Below are positions 25,354-37,300 of a stretch of 64,000 bases of DNA, in pieces. The position numbers were made by a program, and so were the translations under genes. The stretch comes from Perna viridis (taxonomy: Eukaryota). The first letter of the stretch is position 1; the number at the start of each line of letters is the position of its first letter. The notes beneath the pieces were generated by a model. The model was not told where the DNA came from, searched no databases, and saw only the letters and a list, made by a program, of their open reading frames with translations. The stretch spans positions 26,102,001-26,166,000 of the forward strand of contig CM074513.1 of assembly GCA_037379345.1 (NCBI GenBank). Reading direction: 5' to 3'.

Positions 25354-28300
25354 TCATACCCATTCTTTGCTAGGGAACACTCTGGTCACTGCCATTTCCT
25401 GTGAGGTTGGGGGTCTTTTTAGACTCTGTGACTGAAATGAATAAAGTGAATAGTGACTTTTTCAGATCCAATTTCACACTGAAGTTCCATCTTTTATTAC
25501 ATAGCAAATAATTCATTGAGATATTCATTTTTCTGTATGCAGATTTTACTGAATATCATTAGTGATTAAAGCATTAACAAGAAATTGTATAAACTGCATT
25601 AAAAAGTATCTGAACAATGTATTTACTGTTATAGAAATTAAACAATTAAATGGTGCACTACTACTGAATTAAAAAGTAAACTTTTATCAAATTTTTTCAC
25701 AAAAAAGCCAATTTTAACCAGCAATTTAAATAAAAAGCTATTTCAACGTTAAGAGGTTAAGGCTTATATATTTCAATAACAATCAAACTTCTGGGTACCA
25801 AAACAACTTATTTCTTAGTTGGAAATAATGTGTGTATGAAATGTTGGAGAATCTAAGGGATAAATTTGCAGAAGGTAATACTAAAAAGGCTGCAAGCTCT
25901 TTCTTATACACTGAAGCAATGTAAAATGATGATGCTAGCATGGAAAGTTTCTTCAAACTGAAAACTAAAAACACTCATATTTTCAAGATAAGTATTGACT
26001 CATAACACTTCAAAAAGGTTAACACACCATGAAAGCTATGAGGCACACTAGTCACTCTCTTAAAGAAACCAACCTCCCTCATAAATGTGATAAATTGTCT
26101 TCAATGTTAAAATTAGAAAGTAAAGAAATATGGGGGCCAGTTTTTGGTATACAGAGAATATGACACCATGCTACAGCTATGTAATACTGGTACATTTCAA
26201 AGAGGAAAAGTGAGGTTAAAGATTTGTCTATTATATTCTTCTTATTAAGAGCAAATGTGTAATATTAAAATACATTATAATGTGTTCAATATGCAATATT
26301 TCAAAAAATAGGTACACAACTTCAACCAAAATGTATAATGAATCAAATATTACATCGTGCAAAACTGTACTAAAACATGTGAGCAAAATTGATGTAAACT
26401 GGGAAATTTTCAAAAATACACACCCCTTTTTTTAAATTTTTTTCTTAATGTACTTTACTTTTGTTATAATATGCAATGCAATTTTAATACAACAAACCTT
26501 AATATACATGCATACTGTACTTTTATTGAAGAGAATTGATGTTGATAGACCAATTACCCAGTTTACAAATCCCTGCTTGCAATTATCTCCCTTTTACAGA
26601 GTTATCTTTCCTTTACAGCAGATTTATTAAAAATGTCTTCAGACAATATCACATCTTCATTTTACTTAGTATCTTACATGATACAAAATGTATTATGTTA
26701 GACTTTCCAGGCTATGTATCTTTTTTAGAATAAAAATAAATTTGCCTTTCTTTTTATAATGATATAACCTGCAAAAATGAATCTTAACCTGCTAAAATGA
26801 AAGACAACTCTGCAAATTGGAGATTACACAAAATTCCTCAAAATGGGAATTCTGATGATCAAGGTTTCTATACCTCAAACCATTGACTCATATAAGTATT
26901 TCCTTTTGGTTGCTCGCTGGAAGTCATCATCCTAATGTAAAGTTTGAATGTTTCAGAATTGTAAGTTAGATCTAATAAAAGGATTGAACAATCCACTTAA
27001 TGTCCCTTTGAACCTGGACTCTAAAGTAAATCTTAACTTGTACTGGAATTAGAACCTATCATTAATAGTTGCTGGGTCATCTATACTACTGTACATGTAG
27101 GGCAAAGATATATACTCAATTCAGGCTCTGTTTGATATGAAACACTTTGTTAAGCAACAAAGAGCACTGTAATTAAATTATGAAAGATAGACAAAAGGAT
27201 GGAATGTGAAGGGAATGTACCAGTATGCTCCTATAAGACATACATGATATTTAATCCATAATTAATGATTGGAAATTGGTATCATAAACCATAAGCCATA
27301 CATCCACCTAGAGAAAAAGGTTTGGATTGAAAAGGTATGTTCATAGCTGTTTTTCGGTACATATACCAGTATATTTCTCATACAAACCTTCCTAAATTAT
27401 AGAGATGGGCATGAAATGTACAAAAATATGACAAATCAGATAAAGTCATTGACACTGAAGAATCATAGATCTTACACTTGGAAATATACCAATAGTGTGC
27501 AATAAAATTAGAAAAAAAAGCCTTTCCAATTGTATTCTAGGCAAAAGTTCAACATACTAACTTACAGTGGCTTGGCCAAGGCCAAATCAATGTGGAAAGC
27601 CTTTCATAGCACAGAAAAGGGGGAGCAATTATTTTGGATGGTTTCTATTACAAGTATGTTGAAGCCTTGGCTTCTTGAAATACATTGTAGCTACACCACT
27701 GACTTACCATATAAACTGAAATATTAGTTGATCCCCCTTAAAGTTTTAGAAGTAAATTTTCAACTGCCCAGAATGATACTGACCTACATCCTTGTATGAA
27801 TCCTTGATCATATGACTATTTTAAATGTTTAAAAAATCGTATAAGAATATTTGTTCATGGATTTCAAGTTTTTGTGATTTTTGTGGTTTGTTAAAACCAT
27901 GAAATATTCATTGTTAATTTGACAGATACATAGTCTGTGTAAGTTAAATAAAATCCATGATTTTTTTTTACCTAGGAAGTGATTTAACCATACAAAATTT
28001 CCCCCAAACCAGATATTATACCCATGAATAAAAGTTCTTCAACAAAAAGTAAAAGTTTTTACTTTGAATTTCTGTTTACAACAAATACATGTATATATAA
28101 TAAGAATACATTGTTACAAAAAGAAATGTGTGTTAAAATTCATGAAACAAAATAAAAAAAAAAAAAAATGAAGATTAATGTCATAAGATTCATGAAGTTA
28201 TGACAAAGCACTCATGAATTTATGACAAAACACTCATTTCAATAAAAGATAAAAGAGTATACAGTACATTGAGTTACCCTAGATTGATTGCAAATATTGA

Positions 28301-31300
28301 TTAGTGGTTGCTAAGTCAAAACCTTTAGAAATCTTAAAAAAAAACCTATTTTACTCCTAGCAACCTTATAATATGATAAGGATTAACATTTGTGGAGCTA
28401 GTCATGAACACTAGTGATGTTAAGGATTTGTTCTAAAACATTCACAAGAAACTGAGTTCAGGTGAAGAAACATAACAATTTACGGTAAACTAAGAATTTT
28501 TCGAATGAATGGAGCTAGGCATCATTAGGGCAATAATATGTGTCTGTTTAGTATACGGCTGGTTATAGATAACTATTGAAAACACTTGATTAACATAAAA
28601 TGATGGTGACCAATGGTTTATTTGCATTTCAAGTAAAGTTTGCTTAAAAACATGTCTTTCCCCAGTAATTTAGCCGAACTGACAACGGATTTTACTATAC
28701 TCAAATATATTATTTTGAAAAGCATAATATGGTGACCCTTAACTGGGCTGAAAGAGTAAGAAATAAACCAAGTCAGGTCATTTTACTGAACTTGTGAACT
28801 TTATAATGAAAAAGGGAATAAATTCTTTTAGCCAAGAGTATCTTAATGCTAAAAATATTACAAAACTCTACCATTTTAAACAGAGGACAAAGTCCTTGTA
28901 ACAGTAATCTATACCTATTCATTCTATGACAGAGGGACCGATTTCAGTCAGACAGGTAGTGATTTGATTTCAGTCAGATAGGCAGTGATATGTAGGGCAA
29001 ATACTAATCAGAACTACTGATGCCTATCTCCTTACATAAAAATCTTGTGAAAATGGCCAAGTAGTTCCAAGTGTGCAAAAATATTGGATACTAGTCCCGC
29101 AGACAAGTCGTCCCTATTCTACTAGGACCTGGGAAGGCTAGGATGACATCAAAGTTAAGATAAGTGACACATCTATTGATAAGGCCTCTCTAGCTTTCTC
29201 CTCTAACAGTATATACCTGCCTCATATTACAATACTAGATAATTAGGGAGGGGATTAACAAGCACCTACTCCTACTGAAAATCACTAAATACTAACATCT
29301 TCAAAATGAATAAGAGCTAGCCTAAAAAATCCAAATGTTTATCTCGTAAAATATTGGAACTTAATGTTATCTTAATTTCAGAATATAAAAGCTGTCTTGC
29401 AAATACATATATTATCATATTTTCTGTAATTGTCCTTCAAACACACCAAACTTAAAACAAATAAAAAAAAAACAGGAATCTCTTGATTTGTTCTTACATA
29501 TGTAATTATGCAGTTGGGTTCTTTATTGTGAAAAAGAAAAGAAAACTCAATAAAAATCAATTTTGAGCTTGAAATCTACATCAAAACATTATATGTCTTA
29601 ACAAACAGATTTAAACTTGAAAACCTCTCCTTTCAACACAAAATACGATCCTTGCTTGACTTCAAACTTTTACTGATGAGAAAAGAAAGCTTGATGATAA
29701 AATAAAAGTTTCTTTCTCCTCAATAAAAAAGGCAATATCTTAACAATTAAAATGGCCCATAAATTATAAATGATATGGGTGACAATATTTACAGATTAAC
29801 AGGTATTGATCATATCTGCAATCCATCTAAGGTTAGAAAAAAAGATTTACCCACTATTAAATGGCAGTTTCACTCATAATCTGTAGAGAAAGATAAAACC
29901 ATGCTTTAGTTGGAGAGACAAGCAAAGAAAGGGAAACTAATGGGAAAACACAAAAATCTGGATTTTTCATGCAAATCAAATATTGATTTTTTTTCATTCT
30001 AATTCTTGGGTTCTACCTAAAATCAATTGTACTTTTCACCAAAAATATCTATAAATATATACCGAAGAGGAAATGGCTTCTTTGGATTGATAGAAACAAT
30101 TAACATGACAAGAAGCATGCTTGTATTAATTTAGAAAAAATACACATATACATATTAGCCAGGAAGCTTCACAAGCTAATATCAACTTAAGATTCAAACC
30201 TCTTAACTTAATAAGTTTGGTTTGTGGTATTTAAAGACAATACAAAGACATACTCCTACAACAAGGACAAAATCAATGGACTCCAAATGACAAAATGTAA
30301 TATACAAATATATCTATATACTTTGAACTCTGAAGTTATAATGTACTGCTACTTGACACCCTTGTCCTATCATTATTATTTATATTAAATAGCCATACTG
30401 CTATGTTTAGAAGCCTTGTAAGCAATCACTTTGCACAGCTTTATATAAATACATGGCTTTTTAATTACCTTCATCATGATCTTTTTGGGTTCCTAGTTCA
30501 ATATTGTTCTAAAACATTTATAATTATATCGTGGAAAATGCATGCAATTTCAAAGCGTACAAAGATAAGAATACGAATAAAATTAAATCAATTGAGTGTC
30601 AGTGAAATTGGGAAATAAAATTAAGACAGTTTGATGAAAGGTAAAAGGGTCAAACATTCCAGGTACTAAAAGATCAATTTTCAAAGTGACACAAGTTTGA
30701 TGCTACAACTTGTCCAATCCTGAAGTGGCATGCATATTTTAGATGTCACCAGTTAAGATTTAGACCTACAAAAATTGTTGTATCAAGATTTCCAGTCAGT
30801 TAATGAAGAATTATCATGTACTTGTATCATAGAACATATAGTTCTAGTTCTTTTCCTCAAAAATATAAAGAGTAGATAAAAAAAAAAGTAAAATAACTAC
30901 AATAACTTAATAATCCTTAATTTAGCACCTGTAAATACACAGTATCCCTGGCACTTTGCTTTTGGACCAATAAGCATTTCATTTGCACCAATTTTTAGAC
31001 TAGGACTTTTGATTAGGTAAGACATATCAAACACTCACACACATAAAAATGAAGAAAACAGCACTTAGGGTTTTAATTCTATGACATGTACAGTCAATAT
31101 AAATTTTATTCTGTTGGGATTCCATGTTTTATGTTTGTGCCACTTCCTTTTGCTGGTCTGGATTATGGTTTTGGCTTTTTAACAACTGAACTGTGGTTTT
31201 GTTTTCCGTGTCAGTTGTTAACCTTGCTTTTGCAAGACTTTTTGAAGCATATAGACTGTAGTGTCCATATTGACACTGTGATTGAGTACTACAGTTAAAC

Positions 31301-34300
31301 CTGTCTATAGTAACCTTTCAAGGGCCACTGATTAAAAGGTCACTATAGGCAGAGGATCTTTTTACAGAGGTAATTGAGATTTTCAGAACAAAATATATTT
31401 CCTTGTGTAGAGTATTGAAAACATGGGTTGTGTCATTCCATATACATCATTTTTGATATGCTGTTTTGTTTGTTGCATTTACACATCCTGTCTTTTTCTA
31501 TTACATTTTATAAGTAAATGTAGTTTTTAAGTACTTTAATAAATGAATAAGCAATTTCATTATTTAAAAATCAATATTTCCAAAGTTTACATATTCGATT
31601 CTATCTTTAAAAAAAAATGTCTACATATTGATTGAAAATGGATGTTTTTCCTGTGAGTTTTGTTAAAAATTATCTTCATTTTATAATAATTTATCCGGCA
31701 GCATTGTCCCCAGAGTCATTTGACACCTTGAGTATTTGTTGGTTCTGAATCTGTGGTTTGCTGATACCAAATAATTCTGCAATTTTCTATGCAGTGTATC
31801 TAATGTTGGAGAAGCCATTTTTTCGAAGAAGATTTTCCTTAGCAATTATGTGAATAGTATTCATCTTATGAATGAAGATTACATTTTACTCAATTTTTCC
31901 AATGGTTAAATCTGAATCTCATTCTTGAAGAATTTGAGAATTGTTTCATAACTGGCGTTAATCTGGTTTCATACGAAATCTCTTTCGATCAAGATTGAAA
32001 AATGTCAACTTTTGGTTTCGTCCAAGCAATGAAAAAGTCGCTCTATTCAGGTTTTCCATGGCTGTTAGTCACGTTTTAAGGTCACTACAGGCAGGAAGTC
32101 ACTCTAGGAAGGGGGTCACTAGTACAGGTTTGACTGTATTTGATTTAAATATTGGTTCAACAAGGGCTACAGCTGACTAAGCTATCCATTGAGATATCCA
32201 TTATGTGACTATCATTCATTGTAAAATGACACATTATTTTTTGGTGCAAAAGAAATGTTCCATAGGGGAAAATTACAGACCATAATTTCTCATAATTGGT
32301 GTAAATATAATATACCTAATATGCCAAAAGCTTTGTTCCACTCCCAATAAAAATAAATTATCTCCCCTACTTTAAATAATACTGCAAGTTTGCAGTAATT
32401 ATTGATTAACTAATACACACTTAACATGCAATAGTAATACCCTCCTCCCAGGGTATGACATTCAAGGTTGTCCTATTGCCCGGGACAAGTGAAACATCCA
32501 TTTGGACAAGTAAAAGTTATATTCAGGGGCGTAGCTAGGCCTGTTTTAGTTGAACGCAAAATTACGGTGAGGGGTCTTGAGGGGGGAGGTCGCTCAAGGC
32601 CCCCAGTGAGTCCGGCAAGGCAAAGCTCTGAGGGAAACTTCTGAATTTTAACGATTTTGGAGCCAGTTTTTCAGAGCCTATACTACGTTCATGGTATGCA
32701 TATGTAATAAATAACCTTTATTTCATCTTTAAAATGTGTGTTTTTACTTTTGTTACTTTTTCCGAAAGTACGCAACTGCGTATTTGCGTATAGGCAGCTA
32801 CGCCCGATATTAAACTTGCCCTTGGGACATCCAAATTCATTCATTTTTTAACATTCATTTTACTAAAGGACAACCTAAATTTTCATCAACTTTCCCCATA
32901 GGACAAGGTTATTAAAATGTTAATGTCATACCCTGCCTCCTTCCAGAACAAAATAATTGTTGAAATTTATACAAATATATCAATCTGTTTGCGAACTTTG
33001 ACAATATCAATAAATTAGTCAGAAATAAGGTAAAGCTTGTTAAGCATTTTCATGTAGTAGAAGGGGGGATAAGCAAATACCCTTGGTTTATTGGAAGCCA
33101 TGGTTAAAACCTTTACCCCCATTTTTACCCACCTGTAACCATGACATTAACCCTCTGACCTTTGAACTAAATTTTGGTCCACAAGCCTTAAATACCTAAA
33201 ATCTATAAAAACCTCTATCCTAAAAGATGAGTTCATATTTAAATAAAACATACCAGTGATATTTGAGTAGTTGGTAAGTTCTGCTTCATTACTGTCACCC
33301 ATTTATCAGTCTCATTTGGATCATCACACTGAAACAACAAAGAATATTTTGATGCAAGACTGGTGCCCTGCTGGATATTTTCTGTTCTCACTGATATTTA
33401 ATAGTGTGAAGGTATTTTTATTTGTAAGTGTCAATTTTTATGGTTGCAATTTTCTGACTTAGATGATTTTGGAATTTGTAGATTTCAATAGAGTTTTTAA
33501 GGAAAATATATACTTTTTTCAAGATTATGAATTCCTTGTTAAACCAAACAGAGAAAACAACATTAAAAAGGCACACCACAAAGAATGGTTCTTTAGCAAT
33601 TTTTTATATGTTATCTTAATTTACAGCTACATAAACAAACCAATGAAAAACTTTGGTTTAGAGATTTCGTCATTCCTTATTCATCTTTATCACTTACTGG
33701 AAGTGATAAGGACATTTCTTCCCCTAGTTGCAAGCTGAAATCAGGGCTGATAACTGGTCATTGGTCCATTGTCAACAGCTATGTCATTGATATCAGCCCA
33801 TTGTTAATGGTAATGTCATTAGTAATGAAAGTAGCATTCTAATTAGAAAATGAATTATTTGTTTATAACTGAAGAAACTACCCTCTAATATGACTAGATA
33901 TAGTCATCTGCAGTTTTTTTTGTAATGATTCAAATATGTGATAAAAAGATTATGACAATAATAATATATTAGTAATGTAAAATTGGATGTTTCATACATA
34001 CAGGTATATCTTTATCATTTCCTTATTGTACAATCAAAACAATACGTCAAACTGATTACTGTGAAGATATTACTGTTAATGGGGTACCAAATTTTGTGGA
34101 TTTCATGGGTTATATAAACCACGAAATTAGGTTCCCAAAGAAAAGGAAATTTCCATTTGTTTGTATGATTGAGTTGTCAATTCCAGGAATTCAAGAATCA
34201 ACGAACTGATCCTTTTCCCCTAAACCAAGAAAATTGGTACCCACAAATAAAAGCACTTTCACGGTTGTATTGTGAAAGTTCTTTTATTTGTAGGTACCAA

Positions 34301-37300
34301 TTTTCATGCATTAGTGCAGAAACACAAGTTTGTGGATTTTCGAATTCGTGGTTTTGAGGTTTTCAGTTTACATATCAATGGAAATTTCATTTTCATTGGA
34401 AACCAAATTTTGTGGCTTTTCCTACCCATGAAAACCATGAAAATGTGTATCCCACAAACAATAGTACTTTCTCATTATGCCTCTGAAGGAAACTAAATGG
34501 TAGAGAAGTCCAAAATATAAATTAAGAATATGATATACATGTATTTTGTGCCAAATTATTTTTTGGAAGATGGTGGAAATGGGGATTCTTGCACATAAAT
34601 TTTCCCAATTTGACTAATCAGCAGACACATAGGAAGCTGAAAAATTGCAGGTAGTATTTGTCTCATATCCATGCCCACTAATTGTATGTAGAGGCAACTA
34701 TTTAAAAAAAACCTTTACTTGTGTTAGCTGTTTTATAAGTAAGTTATGAGTTTTCAGTATAATATATATTATGTTTAAAAAACGGTATTACACATTAAAC
34801 TTATAAATTGTGAACATCTGTCTCATGCGTCATAATGATTCTAAAATTTAATTGTCAACAAAAGTCTTAACCTGAAGTGTGATGGATAGACAAATAGACA
34901 CAAGACAGATGTCAGTTTATCCTAATGGTTTTATGGGGCAGGTATAAAAAAGAGCTTCTTTTTTTCAACAAAAGAAACTATTTGTTTTCAGCTGCACCAA
35001 AGCAGTGCACATATGTATATAATATCATTCCAAACCTGTATGTAGAATGTCCTTTTAGCAGTCACAATTTCAAATAGGTTATCTCTACTCTGGTGTCTAC
35101 AATTCAAAGCATTTTATTAAAGTTTAAGCAAGTTTATGAACTTGCAAAATGAAAAGAAACTTACAAAATATTACTCAAAAGTTCCCTTAAATTCATTTAA
35201 TTTTTTGTCAGATTTAACCTAATGTAAATCAGGAAATTTTCGTGCAGTATTTTTTTTCACAGTTTCGGCTATAAATCTGTTTAATTTTATGTGTTACGGA
35301 TCTCGGCCAGAATATAGAGAAAATAAGACTGCTGCAAAAATTTCATGGCTTACAGTATTCAATAAATATGATTAAAAAACATGATTAATCAGTTTGTTCC
35401 TTAACTGAAACAGGGATCTTCAGTGGATATTCAGTAATCAAAAAGGAAACTTCACAATTTCCCTTGTTTATCAGCATATAATTTTTTCAACTGTTTAATA
35501 AAGCAACTTATAGTACACTTTTCAAGAAGAAAATAAGTGATTATAGGCTATAGCGAACCTGAATGCCTCAAGTGGAATAAAAAAAATTTGCAGTGTCAAT
35601 GTCAATGAAGAAAAAAAATTACCTAATATCTGGATTTCTAAGATACTAGTTATTTCACAACACTGATTTTTTAATTGAACCTTTTAGTACATTGAGTAGA
35701 TCTTAATTCAGTTTCCTCTGGATATATACATGTATGTCTTTGTTTTAAGGGTTGAATGAATCACACTTCAAGAACAAAATATCAAAACAAATTGAAACAA
35801 GAAAAAAAATTATTGTCAAACTGAAGTTGGACTCTCACGAACTCATAAATTATGAGTGTATTTTTACTTTGTATCTGTATAAATAACTAATGATAAAAAG
35901 GTTTTCATTTTTATCTTTTTTAAAGAAATAAATACAAGGCTAAAAAAAAAAGCTACGTTTTCAGGCCCAGCCGCAACCTCCCGCATCTGCGATTTTTATA
36001 ACGGTAATATCCAGAAATTTCACATCCGTTCCGGAAATTTTGATATTCAGTCCGAAATCAACTTTTAATTAGTTAATTAGTTAATGGATTCATCTCTGTG
36101 CTTAACAGAAAGGTAAAAAATACAATGCAAATGAGGCTGTTCTTTAACATTGATCATTAAAAAAATAAAAATAAAAATTATTTATCTTGTCAACATCCTG
36201 TACATTTGGTAATTGTTCAATTCGATGAAATTTCACGAAAAAAAAAAGAACTTGCTTCTGATATAAGAAAAAAAAAATAAGCCTCCCATATTATTTTTTC
36301 AAGTCACCTGGCCAAAGGCCACATGAGCTATTGCCATCACTTGGCATCCTTCGTTGTCTTCCGTCGTTGTTAACAATTATACAAAACTCTTCTCCTCTGA
36401 AACTACTTGACTGATTAGAACCAAACTTGGTATAAATGTTCATTGGGTTATCCTGCATAGAAATGATGTGGGGATTTTTGATTCGTCGAAAAACATGGCA
36501 GCCGATACTAAAAATAGAACATAAGGGGTCAGACAGCAGATTTTTGCATATGTTACAAAATCCGTGAGGGTTTGCTAAATTTTGACGGGATAAAAGTGTT
36601 CAGCATGGTGAGAGCTATCTCTGGTCAAATTTTGGTTTTAATCCATTAAGCCATTTTGGAGTTATTGCCCTTTTTCTACAATTTTTGCTATTTTTAATGG
36701 GTTTTTTTTCAAAAATCTTCTCCTCTGACACTACTTGACCAATTGAAATTAAACTTAAAATGAATGTTCCTTGGGGTAGCCTGCATAGAACTGATGTGGG
36801 GATTTTTGATTCATCAAAAAACATGGCCACCATTACTAAAAATAGAACATAGCGGTCAGACAGTAGTTTTTTCGCATATATCTCCAAAACTGTTAGGTTT
36901 AGCCAAATTCTTCCAATAGCTGAAATGATCCTTCTTATAAGGACTACAAAAGTCTTCAGGGATAAAGTTGTCAGATGACTCTCTGTAAGAGTTATTGCCC
37001 TTGAAAGGGGAAAAATGACTTTTTTGATAGTTTTCAGTCAATGTCTTGAAAACTATGATAGATTAAAAGAAACTTTCAATTGTTGAAATGATCCATATGA
37101 AAAGCTCTACCAAAGACTTCTTGAAAGGCAAAATTCAACCAGGTGGGCGATTCAGGCTCCTGGGAGCCTCTTGTTTTAATAAGTGGCCTGAGAATCTAGC
37201 CATTTTTTTATACGGCCTAAAGCATACTTACACTGATTTACGGACATCAATTATTTCACATTTTGGTAATGTTCTTAATGGCTCTTTTGCCTGAAAAATA

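Noticed and set aside
25904-25957. Strong minus-strand acceptor followed by FEETFHASIIILHCFSV*
   Set aside because: There is no convincing donor or other support; it could be a chance acceptor, so it was left out of the exon model.
27784-27815. Additional TAPP micro-exon candidate (SYDQGFIQGC, donor GTCAGT)
   Set aside because: The acceptor is A-rich and weak, and it adds no coherent reading frame to the chain.
28941-28990. About 27-bp tandem duplication ATTTCAGTCAGA.AGG.AGTGAT
   Set aside because: An ordinary two-copy micro-duplication with no sign of function.
33196-33219. Minus-strand AG..GT segment reading DRGFYRF*
   Set aside because: It would need a 34-nt intron after exon 33254, which is too short to be credible.
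36615-37041. ORFs inside the HINE as a possible transposase or helicase
   Set aside because: They are short translations of tandem-repeat units with no Rep or helicase motifs.
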